Source: Hypanus sabinus
Lineage: Eukaryota
Direction: 5' to 3'
Length of the DNA stretch: 64,000 nt
Assembly (NCBI RefSeq): GCF_030144855.1
Contig: NC_082717.1
Span: 86,924,001 to 86,988,000, forward strand
In this document: positions 48,630-61,080 of the stretch, one piece after another
How positions within the stretch are numbered: position 1 is the first letter of the stretch
How the letters are laid out: every line of letters begins with the position of its first letter
Program-made: the position numbers and the translations under genes
The notes under the pieces: generated by a model
Databases searched by the model: none
The model's input: the letters and a program-made list of their open reading frames with translations, nothing else
Told to the model about the DNA's origin: nothing

Positions 48630-50726
48630 TTAGGGACATGGAGCCTTGGTCCCAGGCAAGACTGGGACACGGAGCCTTGGTCCCGGGCAAGACAGGAACA
48701 GAGGGATGTGGAACACAGCCAGGACCCCTCCTTAGGAACAGGACTTAAAGCCGGGGCTCTACACAGAGTCAGGACCCCTCCTAGGGAGCAGGACATAGAG
48801 CCGGGATTCATACACAGAACACAGAGAGACAGGTCACAAAACAAGGTAGCAGCAAATGGCCAGATCTACCTGGTGAAGGTTGGACACAAACAGTTCCAAA
48901 CAACAACAAACAGTTCCTTATCTAGACATAGCAAGGATCTGGTCTTATTCCCACAGTAGAACTAGACAGCAATACAGGCGAGGTTGTAGGCAAGGGCTTC
49001 GGATGGGAAGGAAACAGTCCAGCAAATGAAGCTGAACCCAGGAGCTATTTATGTAGCCTGCCCAAAATGAGAATCCGGTGCCTCAATTAGAGCACCCAAC
49101 AGAACAAGGGAAAACCGGAAACCTGGAATAAGGTACGATGGACCAGACCATGACAGTACCACCCTTCTTCCCTTATGGGAGCCTCCTGATGACCCTAAAG
49201 GCTTCCCCAGACTATAGATGACACGGCTGGGTAGGGGAGCATTCAACAGGAGAGAACACAGGAGTAACATGACAGCACCTGTGTCACTGGGTCTCTGCTT
49301 GGCTGGACTGTTCTGTCATATGGGGGCTGCTGAAGGCAGACCCAAATGCAAAACACCGTCAGTGAGGTACTAGGAACTGGACTGGACCAGTGTTAGGGAT
49401 GGGACAGGAACACAGACTTGGGCTAGGAAATCGGGAACAGGACAAGGAACTGGGAACAAGGAGCCTGGGCTTGGACTCTGAGCCAGACTGGACAAGGACC
49501 CAGAACCTGGGTCTTGACAGGCTCGATCCCCAGAACTAGGTGAGGACATGACGTGGCTGCAGGACTAGGTGGGGCTTGGGTTCTTCGAGGCCTGGCTGCA
49601 GGACTAGACATGGAACTCTTTTAAGGACGAGGCACATGGACAGGACAAGAACCCAAAGCCTTGACTCGATCTTGGGACACCTGGACATGGAGCCTTGGTC
49701 TTGAGAGAGGCTGTGACACGGAGCCTTTGTCTTGAGACAGGCTGTGACACGGAGCCTTGGACTTGAGACGGGCTGTGACAGGGAGCCTTGGTCTTGAGAG
49801 AGGCTGTGACATGGAGCCTTGGTCTTGAGATGGGCTGTGACACGGAGCCTTGGTCTTGAGACGGGCTGTGACACGGAGCCTTGGTCTTGAGAGGGGCTGT
49901 GACAGGGAGCCTTGGTCTTGAGAGAGGCTGTGACATGGAGCCTTGGTCTTGAGATGGGCTGTGACACGGAGCCTTGGTCTTGAGACGGGCTGTGACACGG
50001 AGCCTTGGTCTTGAGAGGGGCTGTGACAGGGAGCCTTGGTCTTGAGAGAGGCTGTGACATGGAGCCTTGGTCTTGAGATGGGCTGTGACACGGAGCCTTG
50101 GTCTTGAGACGGGCTGTGACACGGAGCCTTGGTCTTGAGAGAGGCTGTGACAGGGAGCCTTGGTCTTGAGAGAGGCTGTGACATGGAGCCTTGGTCTTGA
50201 GAGGGGCTGTGACAGGGAGCCTTGGTCTTGAGAGAGGCTGTGACAGAGGGACCTAAAACACAGAGATGGGACCCCTCCTTAGTAACAGGACTTGGGGCCG
50301 GGCCTCTGCACAGAGTCAGGACCCTTTCTAGGGAGCAGGACATAGGGCCAGGACTCATACACAGAACACAGAGATGGTTCTCAACACAAGGTAGCAGCAA
50401 ACGGCTGGACCTACCTAGCAAAGGCGTGGACACAGAGACAATTCCAAACAACAATGGACGGTTCCTTATCTAGACACAGCAAGGATCCAGTCTTGCTCCA
50501 GCAGTAGAACTTGACAGCAATACAGGCAAGGGCTTCAGGCAGGAAGGAAACAGTCCAGCAAATGAAGCTGAACCCGAACCCAGGAGCTATTTGTGCAGCC
50601 AAAAATGAGAATCAGGTGCCTCAATTAGAGCACCCGACAGAAAAATGGAAAACTGGAAACCTGGAATAATGACTGATGAACCGGACTGTGAACCAGAATG
50701 CAGACTCCACAGACTGGACCATGACA
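48630..50726 (-). mobile_element. Non-autonomous LTR element: 5' LTR 49314-50726, ~158-bp internal region, truncated 3' LTR 48630-49155
   Basis: TGTCAT...ATGACA termini. Long direct-repeat homology between 48720-49155 and 50268-50726. Purine tract AAGGGAAGAAGGGTGGTAC (minus strand) immediately before the 3' LTR. Confidence 0.7.
49689..50246. repeat. Minisatellite, 18 x 31-bp units (GGAGCCTTGGTCTTGAGANNGGCTGTGACAN) with a 4-unit higher-order period
   Basis: Counted directly from the sequence. The unit variants recur in the same order in units 4-7, 8-11 and 12-15 (one substitution in unit 15). Confidence 0.95.
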
Positions 50727-51682
50727 CCAAAGGGAGAAGCATATATGTCCATAAAAGGAACAGGATTGAGGATTGGTTCAGTTTTGAAGTATGAATGAAG
50801 AATGTCTGTGTAAGGTTGTCAAGGACATAAGATCATGAATCTTTTGAGAATAGAAAGGATGGTGAGGACAAATCTAGGCCATTCACAGCCAAAGACAGCC
50901 ACTTTATGTTTGACAGCAAAAGAGTGGCAAACTGATTAAACAAATCCTTGGGTCTGTCCTCACAAAGCAGAACTAAATTAATCTTCCAGAAAAGTTCATC
51001 AAGACCTGTGTGGATGAGTGTGTGAGACTTCGAGAACATGTCGAACATATCCAAGTCAGAAGCCCTGGATAAACCATAGGATTCACGGTCTAGTGAGGGT
51101 ACAAGTACTAAATAAACTGAAGGATTCACAGTCTATCTGTTGTTTTCAGGTATAGGTATGATCGAAGGAAGACAATTATAAGAATATAAAGGCAATTCCA
51201 TGTAAAATTAGAGACATATTTGGATGCAGGACTACTGTGGCAGGGTTTGCCTACCATTATTTGTTTTAAGGAGAAATCTTACTTGATAACTTAAATGGCA
51301 GTAATGCCTTACTCCCTGATGAGGTTAACACCTCTAATGCAAGCTTTGAAAGAATGAATAATACACCAGTGTGAATCTTCACAGCATCTGATGATCTTGC
51401 GATCTCTGATTCAGAGGCTAATGTCAGACATATTTTAAGAGGGTTCACCTCATAAAGAACCAGGCTTTATGTTGTACCTGGCCAGGAAACCAGTGACCAA
51501 ATGTCTAGAGTGTTCAAAGCTATCTTCAATCTCTCTCTCTGCTGTTGTCTGAGGTGCTCACTGCATTCAAAAGGCAGCAATCATTCCTGTGTTCAAGGAG
51601 AGCAGGGTGAGCTGCCTCAATGACAATCACTCAGTTGCACTCCCATCATCTATGATGAAATGCTTAGACAAGTTGGTCATGA

Positions 51683-52560
51683 GGTGTTGAGGATAGTGTG
51701 GAGTGCTGTCAGAGGTTACAGCAGAACAGCAGAGGATGCAAAATTGGGTTGAGAAGTGGCAAATGGAATTCAGCCCAGTTAAGTGTGAAGCGGTTCATTT
51801 TGGTAGATCAAGTTCATTTTGGCAGAATATACTATTAATGGTAAGACTCCTGGTAGTGTGGAGGATCAGAGGGATCTTGGGGTCAGAGTCTATAGGACAC
51901 TCAAATCTGCTGCGCTCGTTGACTCGATGGTTTAGAAACCATTAAGTGCACTGGCCTTCATCAATTGTGGGATTGTGTTTAGGAGCCAAGAGGCAATGTT
52001 GCAGCTATATAGGACCCTGGGCAGACTCCACTTGGAGTGCTGTGCTCAATTCTTTTCAAGTCACTGCAGGAAGGATGTGGAAACCATAGAAAGGGTGTAG
52101 AGGAGATTTACAAAGATGTTGCCCAGATTGGGGAGCATGCCTTATGAGAAAAGGTTGAGTGAACTTGGCCTTTTCTCTTTGGAGAAATGGAAGATGAGAG
52201 GTGACCTGATATGGTGTATAAGATGATGAGAGGCATTAATTGTGTGGATGTCAGAGGTTTTTTCCCAGGGTTGAAATGGATAGCATGGAAGGGCACAATT
52301 TTAAAGTGCTTGGAAGAAGGGACACAGGAGATATCAGGGGTAAATTTTTTTACGCAGACAGTGGTGAGTGCGTGGAATGGGCGGCCGGCGATGGTGTTGG
52401 AGGGTCTTTTAAGAGACTCCTGGACAGGTACATGGAGCTCAGAAAAGTAGAGGGCTATGGGTAACCCCAGGTAATTTCTCAGGTAAGGATATGTTTGGCA
52501 CAGCTTTGTGGGCTGAAGCGTTCTGTTTTGTACTTTAGGTTTTCTGTGGTTCTATGTTTC
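51683..52560 (+). mobile_element. CR1-type LINE 3' fragment
   Basis: MQNWVEKWQMEF, LYRTL..HLEC, VYKMMRG, and a tail TTCTATGTTTC. Absent from copy A at ~29555. Confidence 0.8.
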
Positions 52561-53761
52561 TAATAGGATTAACTCCTACCTGAGCAAGAACCTGTACATG
52601 CTAAAATCTGCCTATGGACACAACAGGTCAGGTTTCAGATTACAGGTTCAGACATTGAGTTAATTACTACAGGTACATTGAAACATACAAAAAAAATGGT
52701 GCTTGCATCAATAATTGACATAGCCAAGGATGTGCTGGGAACAGACTGCAATTGTTTCTGCACATTCTGGCTCCAACATAGCATGCCCACAATGCTCAGC
52801 AGAACAACACAGAACACAACAAAACAGATCAAAGCAACAGCAACAAAACAAGCCCCATTCCTTCCTCCAGCCACCCATATCCCCACATAGACCTCTCACC
52901 CCAGGACAGAGTTTCTTTGGCCTCCAAACACCAGTGAACTCTGACTCATAGGCATTGGGGCTTAAACTTCCCCAGCAGAATCACAAAGATTCATAGTCTC
53001 AGTGCTTCAGCCAACATTTTGGACCTTTGTGCTTTGATCTTCATTATTTATCCAGCAGGTGACAATATTGATGAAAAGGACTCTGAATGAGAACCTGAAC
53101 TCCAGACTCACCAATGATGGAACACAAACATTGGGCCTCAAACTCCAGTCCTGTTAATTCAAGTATATGGGGGTTACTAGAAAAATGCAATCTCACTGGC
53201 TACCACTGTCTCTTGAAGCCTCTTGTCAATTGCAAATTAAACTGATGTTTATTGATTACAGCTCATCAATCAATTCCATCATCTCCTCAATTCTACGCAA
53301 CAAACTACAAACCTGGGCACCTGTACCTCCCTCTGGAACTGGATCCTTGACTTTATCACTTGGAAACACAGTCAGTGTGGATTGTTGATATGTCTCCTCT
53401 CACTGATAACTACACAAGGTTACATCAAGGATGCATGTTTTACACACTGCTCTATTGTCTCTACAACATTACTGTGTGGCTCAGCACATCTACAGTATAA
53501 ATTCACCAATGACGTGGATGATAGAATCTCAGACAGCAACAAGGAGACATACAGGAGTGAGGTAGATAGGTGCTTTAGTGGTTTTAGAGCAACAATTTTC
53601 CACTCAGTGTCAGCAAGACTAAGGAATTGAATGTGGACTTCAGGAAGGGGAAGTCACGAGAGCTCAGACCAGCCCTCATTGAGGGGTCAGCTGTGAAACG
53701 TGTGAGCAGCTGCAAGTTTCTAGCATCAACAGTTCAGGTGACCTTCCTTGCACCCAATACG

Positions 53762-54293
53762 TAGAAACATAGAAAACCAACAGCACAATACAGTCCCTTC
53801 TGCCCACAAAGTTGTGCTGAACATGTCCCTGCCTTCGAAACTACTAGGGTTGCCCATAGCCCTCTATTTTTCTAAGCTGCATGTACTTATCCAAAGTCCC
53901 TTAAAATACCCTATCATATCCTCCACCACCGTCGCCGGCAGCCCATTCCACGTACTCACCACTCTCTGAGTAAAAAACTTATCACCGACATCTCCTCTGT
54001 ACCTCCTCCCAAGCACCTTAAACCTGTGTCCTCCTGTGACAGCCATTTCAGCCCTGGGAAAAAGCCTCTGACTATCTACATGATCACTGCCTCTCATCAT
54101 CTTATACACCTCTATCAGGTCACCTCTCATCCTCGGTCACTCCAAGGAGAAAAGGCCAAGTTCACTCAACCTGTTCTCATAAGGCATGCTCCCCAATCCA
54201 GGCAACATCCTTGTAAATCTCCTCTGCACTCTCTCTATGGTTTCCACATTCTTCTCATAGTGAGGTGACCAGAACTGAGCACGGTACTCCAAA
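53762..54293 (-). mobile_element. CR1-type LINE 3' fragment
   Basis: LEYRAQFWSPH..IERVQRRFTRMLPGL and RGDLIEVYKMMRG..RVVSTWNGLP, with a TTCTATGTTTCTA tail. Confidence 0.85.
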
Positions 54294-56694
54294 TATATTG
54301 ATGCAGTCATGAAGAAGGAGACCTTTCTGAGTGTTTTTATCACCACCTGGTGCAGAGGCTGTAATGCAGAGTCCCACAAGGTGCTGCAGAGGGTTATGGA
54401 ATCAGCCAGCTCAATCATTGGCATAACCCTCCCCACCACTGATGACATCTTCAAGAGCTGTTGTCTCACGAACGCAGCATCCATCAGTGAAGAACCTTTC
54501 CATACAGAGCATGCACTCTTTTTGTTCGTATCTTTGAAGAGGAGGTACCGGAACCTGAAAAATTACATCAGTAATTGGGGAACAGCATCTTCCAATTTGC
54601 CATCCAATTAGTGAAAGGTCCATAAAGCTATGAACACTACCTCCTCATTCCACATTTATTGCAATATACATTTGGTGATTTGTAGAAAATTTTTGTCTTT
54701 ACACTCTGCAGCTGCCGCAAATATAATGACGTATATGTCAGTGATAATAAACTGAACCTTGATTCTAACCTGACATCAGTGCTGATAAAATACTGGACTC
54801 CATGATTTAAGACATAGTGACTAGGACGGATTGAGTCACATGGCAGACCCAAGGTAATGGGGTAAATGGAGGGTGTCCACAGTGGAGGCAGAAGCAAAAA
54901 GGCAGATTGTTGTCTGAGTAATGAGGCATGGGGAATAAATGGAGTGAGATCTAGGTGTGCAGCAGTCACTGAAGATAAGTGAGACACTGGAGGAGCTCTG
55001 TGGGTCAAGCAGCATCTGAAGATGAGTATGAAGCTACAGCAGCAGTTAAGAAGGTAAGTTGTACATCGGTGCTGTGAGTGAGGTGGGTTCAGTGCAGGAG
55101 CAAGGGGATGTCTCACTGCAATGCTGTAGGTCATGTTGTGACTGCACCTTGAGCATTGCACCAGATTTGGTCTACTAATTCGAGAAAGAAACTTGTCGAT
55201 GTACAGGAAGCTCAGCAAAGCCACAGCTGACTGTTTGCTGACTTGTTTGGACTGTTGTACAGAGAGAAATTAGGATAAATGGGTTCTCATTGTTTCAAGT
55301 TCAGGATGAGACAGGATTATCACCCAGTTTATAAATTTGATGGAAACAGACAGCCCAGGTACAGGGAGAATTTTCCCAGTAGTGGGGAGGTGAGAACCAG
55401 GGCTCACATTCTGAGTTTAAAGGGGAAGTCATTTCTGGTATTTTCTGCCACAGCTGGTGAGCAATTGTGGTGGACAGACGAATAAATAATTGGAGCAGAT
55501 AGTTCTAATAATCTTCCCATCTTCAACATAGGTGCAACCCAGTACGTGAGAACAGAAGTCTAGCTGAACGTATCACAACCACCTTCATCTAGAAGCATCA
55601 AGAAAATGATGGTGTCAGCTTCTGCTGAGATCCTCCCCTCCCAAAGTCACAAACAACAGCTCCATTCACTCCACAGAATATGAAGAATTGGCTCAGATAG
55701 CTAGATTCAAAAAAAAGCTATGGAGCAGACAATTCACCAGCTGCAGGACTGAAAGCTGTGCTCCAGAACTAGCTGAGCCTTGAGCCAATAAGAGCTAGTC
55801 TAGTTACTACATTGGTTATGTCGTGTTCACTAAAGCAAGGAAGGTCATTCTGGCTAATTACAGCCTGAGCAGTCTTCTTTGAACTATCAACCAAGCAATG
55901 GATGTCATCATCAAAAATGCTATTATTTGCACTTGATAACAATAGATCTCCTCATCAAAAACTAGTTTGATTTTTGCCAAAATGTCCAAATTCTGATTTT
56001 AAATATTCCCGTAACAGTTCACCTCAAGATGGAAGTGAGGGGAAAAACTTATTAAAAGAATAAATTGTCCAAACACATTCAAATTTTTCCAATCATTGTT
56101 GTTCCTACCACGAGTCAAATCTTTAAGGAATTGCAAAGTTCTAAGCTTATACATTCAAAAGAACCAAAAGTATCAACGATGCATCGGTCAGACATGAACG
56201 TGTATCAAATGGCTTTTCAGGGGTTCTATCTGCCAAAACTTGACACTGATCCATTTACAGAGACTTTGGAGTTGTTGGGCAAACCAAAGGAGCAACAAAG
56301 GAGAGATGGTCTGAGAGAAGGAATTCAAGATTTAGGGTCAGTGTTACTGAATGCAGCAATGGAGCAAGGATTTGTAATATTATTTGGAAATAATTATAGT
56401 ACAGATCCTTTTGATGCTTTGAACATTTTCTGAGCAGGAAAATTTGCATCCATCTATCAGAGCCACTGAGCATAGAGTGAAGAATGTTGACAAAGAAAAT
56501 CCAAAAGCTGGAATGTAGAGAGGGGCAGATTGCTCTGTGTGAGTGAGAGTGGAGCTGGGTGGGGGAACCATTGAAGAGTTGTTGGGTGGGAAAGGATAGG
56601 AGAAGGTGTGAATGGGTCACTGTTAAAAGTCCACAGCAGATAGGATACTTTGTGCTTCCAGTTCTGTGACCTTCAGTTTCCATCCCAATGCTTG

Positions 56695-56845
56695 TACACC
56701 AGGTGTATCTGACCGGATTCTGTTTTTCATCTGTTAATTGATGTGTTAGACATGGTGATAGTGTTGTAATGTGTTTATAACTAACAATGATCGTGTCGCT
56801 CTATGGTCCCTGTGGATGCCATTTGCCTGTATAAATAAAGGGCCT
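56695..56845 (+). promoter_or_regulatory. Putative core promoter of GPCR paralog 3 (TATA box at 56830-56839)
   Basis: TATAAATAAA upstream of the ATG at 56916. The block is homologous to the other two promoters. Confidence 0.6.
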
Positions 56846-56915
56846 AACTGAGTGAATGGACACAACTGTCAGTATAAGCTTTTTCCTGCTGAAGGGCATC
56901 ATATTTGCTGTGAAC

Positions 56916-59900
56916 ATGATAATAGATTGTATAATCTACCTTTTGAATGGTTTTAAGCCTCATTACTATCGGATCCTGGCAGTCATTGGAGTTCTCTGTA
57001 AGTCATTCTAACCATTGCCTTCTTGAATGCTCTGATAAGGAACTTGGTGTTGGATTTGTTCAGCTTTGTTTATTTCTGACTGTTATTCCAGCTCTGAATC
57101 TTCACTGGAATTCCTCATCTCTTCCCTGATTTTACTCTCGCCTCTCTGTCACATCTACGAAGTTTCAGTCTTATTGGGTGAGCGTCCGTCATCCTTTGCT
57201 CCTTCAGATTTGCAATGGTCAGACTCTGGATCCTGAAGAGCAACATATTCAATGATTTCCAGATCCTACTGGCTTAATTCCAATGTAGTCAGATGGTGTG
57301 ATGTATTCCATGTAAAATGAATGATAATGGGTAGAATTGCTGTCTGCAACGTTTGATTATTCGTCCAATTCTTTAAATGTGGCTAAACCTTACTGATCGA
57401 TTTTCTAAAAGTTTATAAAGAATGAGAACCTCTATTTAACACCAATAACCAACACAGCATTTTCAAAGGACTTTATCGTCAATGAAGTTCATTTGAAATG
57501 TGACCACAGTTGCAACAAACCCAAAACCATCAACTTAGCTTCTGTTATTATCCAATTATCCAAGTCAGGAGCTCACAGATTTCTCCAGTTACCTTCCATT
57601 TTCTAAACAAATGGTTCTCAGTCACTTTGTGTTGATGATACAAAGTTGTGTTGTGTTGGGGGTGTTGTGGATAGTCTGAAGGGTTGTCAGAGGTTACAGA
57701 GGGACATCGATAGGATGTACAACTGGGATGAAAAGTGGCAGAAATCTTCCATGCAGATAAGTGTGAAGTGGTCATATTGGAAGGTCAAATTTTTAGACAG
57801 AATATAATAATGATGATAAGACTCTTGGCAGTGTGGAGGATGTGAGAGATCTTGGGGGTCATGTCCATAGGACACTCAAAGCTGCTGTGTAGGTTGTCAT
57901 TGTTGTTATGAAGGCACATATCATGTGTTGACATTCATCAAACTTGGGATTTCAAGAGCTGTGAGGTAATGTTACAGCTATATAGGACTTCAGTCAGATC
58001 ACACTTGGAGTACTGTGTTCATTTCTGGTCACCTCACTGCAGGAAGGATGTGGATACTATGGACAGAGTGCAGAGGAGATTTACAAGGATGTTGCCTGGA
58101 TTGGAGGGCACACCTAATGAGAATAGATTGAGTGAACTTGGTCTTTTCTCCTTGGAGCGACGGAGGATGTGAGGTGACCTGATCGATGCATGTAAGATGA
58201 TCAGGGGCATTGATCGTGTGGATAGGCAGAAGCTTTTTCCCAGGGCTGAATTTGCTAACACGAGGGGGCATAGTTAAAGGTGCTTGGAAATAGATCTCGA
58301 GCTGTTTATTACACAGAGAGGGCTGAGTGCATGGAATGCACTGCCAGCGCTGGTGGTAGAGGTGTATAAAATAGGGTCCTTTAAGAGCCTCTTAGATAGG
58401 TACATGGAGCTTAGAAAAGTAGAGGGCTATGTGCTAGGGAAATTCCAGGCAGTTTCTAGAGTAGGTAGCATGGTTGGCACAACATTGTGGGCCGAAGGGC
58501 CTGTAAATTTCTGTAGAATTCTCTGTTCTATGTTTACCCTAATAAATGGAGATGTTAAGTTAACAAATGAAGAGCTGGAGATGGACCGCGTTGATAAGGG
58601 ACAGCGGGAAATTGCACCAAGGTCACTGAAAGTTTCCAGTTCCAGGGTGTGAAAAGAAGTGGCTTTCCAATCAGTCAAAATGTGAAGGGAAGAGAGGGGA
58701 AGAAGACACATGTGAGTTTGGTATATAGAATGTTCCTGAGTTTCCACCCTGAGATAGGATCAACTGGGAACTCAATGGCTTCACCTGCCAACACCTTCTT
58801 GTTCAAACCAGGTGAGTGAACAAGATGTTCTCTGTGAGGATGAGTTAAACCAGCTGGATATCCAACTCTTCAACTCATCAAGTGGTTCCCATTGTCAACC
58901 AGATAGGGAGCTCCAATGGCTTCTTACATCTTATGTTTCATTGCCAAATTAGTCTTTAGCCCATTAGCCTCCCCATTTATTTATTTTTAGCTGTTAAACC
59001 TACAGTAATTAACAGTGATTCTATTTTCTCTCATTCACTTGACTAATTTACATTGTTTACTTTTCCAATATTCACAGCTAACTTGGTGGCAATTGTAACT
59101 CTATCACGAGGGCGGTGTGGACTCTCCAAAGGTGTCACTTGGTATCTTCTGTCAATGGCCGTGGCAGATCTACTAGTTGTCATATTTAACGTCATTCCAA
59201 AAGTGATATATTTCTATTATAAACCTCCCCTTTGCAATATCATAAATACCATGAGTTACGTGTCTGTGGCTAGTTCCGTCTGGCTCACTGTTGCCTTCAC
59301 CTTTGACCGGACAGTGGCCATCTGCTTCCAGAGGCTGAAGACCAGATACTGCACTGAGAAAGGTGCAGCTATCATTATTGCAGTAGTGAGTGTGCTGAGT
59401 TTGTTCACCAACATCCCGTGGTATTTCACATACAGGTCTTATATCTGCTGGGTATCGCTTGATTTCATAAATTCTCCCATGTGGCAAGCCTTTGACTGGG
59501 GGCACCGTGTTTTAACCCCAGTTGTCCCCTTCGTGCTGATCCTGCTGCTCAATGTGGTCACTATTAGGCACATTCTGATGGCCAGTGTAGCCCGCAGGAG
59601 ACTGAGGGGTCAGCGGAATGGGGAGGAGAAGGATGACCAAGAGATGAAGAATCGAAGAAGATCCATCATTTTGCTCTTCACTTTATCGGCCAGTTTTATC
59701 CTGTTATGGATGACACATGTGGTCATTCTTGCAGTTGAGTATATTACTATGCAATATTTCGTAATGACATCTTCATATCTCGTGGGTCAAATGATGGGAG
59801 TAATGCTTCAGTCATTCAGCTCCTGTACCAACATGTTTATTTATGCCATCACCCAGAGGAAGTTCCGAGAGGAGATGAAAAATGTTGTGAAATATCCCTT

Positions 59901-59931
59901 TAGGGCCATCCTGAGATTCTGTAGAAGTTAA
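56916..59931 (+). CDS. GPR139/GPR142-like class A GPCR, paralog 3; join(56916..56997, 59078..59931), about 311 aa
   Basis: Exon 1 reads MIIDCIIYLLNGFKPHYYRILAVIGVL with a GTAAGT donor at 56998. The acceptor is TTCACAG at 59077. Exon 2 is open and differs from paralog 2 at 19 of 283 aa (hand count). Confidence 0.9.
57655..58535 (+). mobile_element. CR1-type LINE 3' fragment in the intron of paralog 3
   Basis: HLEYCVHFWSPHCRKDVDTMDRVQRRFTRMLPGL, with tail GTGGGCCGAAGGGCCTGT..TGTTCTATGT. Absent from the paralog 2 intron. Confidence 0.85.
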
Positions 59932-60189
59932 AGAGAGAATTGGAAAATTCAACCGACAGGTGGTAATGTCATTGTTCCTGACCAGCAAAACCCAATTGTA
60001 AATTCAGATCAAAGAGCTTTGAAAATGAGAATTGATTGTCCACATTTAGTCAGTTGGTGTGTTCATTGGAATTGTAAAGCATCATCTCCAGTCTCCCAGA
60101 GAACCGTGGTCTATTAAAATGTGCCAATGGCTGAAACAATTCTACAGTGAATCCACAGCTCCCTTGTCAATTCTCTCCGCATTCATATC

Positions 60190-61080
60190 CTCCTGCTCTA
60201 ATTTTGCTCTAATTCCATCTAAAGGTTTGCAGAAGACATCACTGTTGTGGGCGGAATCTCAGATAATGATGAGTTACAGTGAAGAAAGGAAATAGAGAGC
60301 TTAGTTGCATGGTATTATAACAACGTCTTTCCCTTAGCTCAGCAAAATAAAAGAGCCAGTCATTGACTTTAGGAACATGGGCAGTGCACAGGATCCCAGT
60401 TGCATCATGAGATTGAGAGGGTCAAGAGCTTTAAGTTCTTAGGAGCGACCATCACCAACTGTCTGTACTGATCCAAACATTTAGACAACATTTCCAAGAA
60501 AGTACATCAGCACCATTACTTCCTCAGCATACAAAACCAATTAGGCACGTCCGCTTTGACACTTGACAACTTTTATAGATGAAAGCATCCTGTAGACATG
60601 CATCATGGTTTGCTTTTGCTGCTACTGTGTCCGAGCTCACAAGAAACTGCTGAGAGTTGTGGATGTAGCTCAGTACATCAATGAAACTAGCCTCCTCTCC
60701 GTGGACTCTGTCTACAGTTCTCGCCGCCTTAGAAAAGCAGCCAGCGTGACTGAAGTCCCCCTGCCACCTGGACGTTCTCTCTTCTTCCACTTCCTTTCAG
60801 GAAGTAGTTTACAAAAATCTGAATATACTGTACATATCTCTACGATGAAAGATAACTTTGGTCCTACCTTTATATGACCATTGAATGGTCTCCTAGCATG
60901 ATAAGATGAACCTCAACATCTACCTCATTGTGGCCTTGCACTTTATTGTCTGCCTGTTCTACACTTTCTCTGTAACTGTAACACTTTATTCTGCACTCTG
61001 TTACATTCCCTTGTTCGACCGCAAAGCGTTGAAATAATGAACTGGTCAGGATGGGTGGCAGGAAGAACAAAGGTTGTAAT
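60190..61080 (+). mobile_element. Rex1/Babar-like LINE 3' fragment downstream of paralog 3
   Basis: FAEDITVVG, KIKEPVIDFR, ERVKSFKFLG and KKLLRVVDVAQYI segments, similar to 13440-13660 and 24121-24560. Confidence 0.7.

Larger units (their letters stand above)
51290..54770 (+). mobile_element. Old Rex1/Babar-like LINE remnant with nested insertions (copy B, upstream of paralog 3)
   Basis: LLPDEVN, MFIDYSSSINSI and YKFTND segments, ending in a tail AATAAACTGAACCTTGATTCT. It shares the nested element at 52630-53170 with copy A. Confidence 0.7.

Noticed and set aside
49689-50246. CRISPR-like array of ~31-bp repeats
   Set aside because: There are no unique spacers (the units are contiguous), no cas genes, and the context is eukaryotic.
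49536-50454. Three long overlapping minus-strand ORFs (172-277 aa) with SQPxSRPRL repeats
   Set aside because: They are a by-product of a stop-free 31-bp tandem repeat that is open in all three frames, inside an LTR.
56856-56915. In-frame upstream ATG that would add a 20-aa hydrophobic leader (MDTTVSISFFLLKGIIFAVN) to paralog 3
   Set aside because: It lies only about 16 nt after the TATA box, so at or before the expected TSS, and it is not conserved in paralogs 1 and 2.
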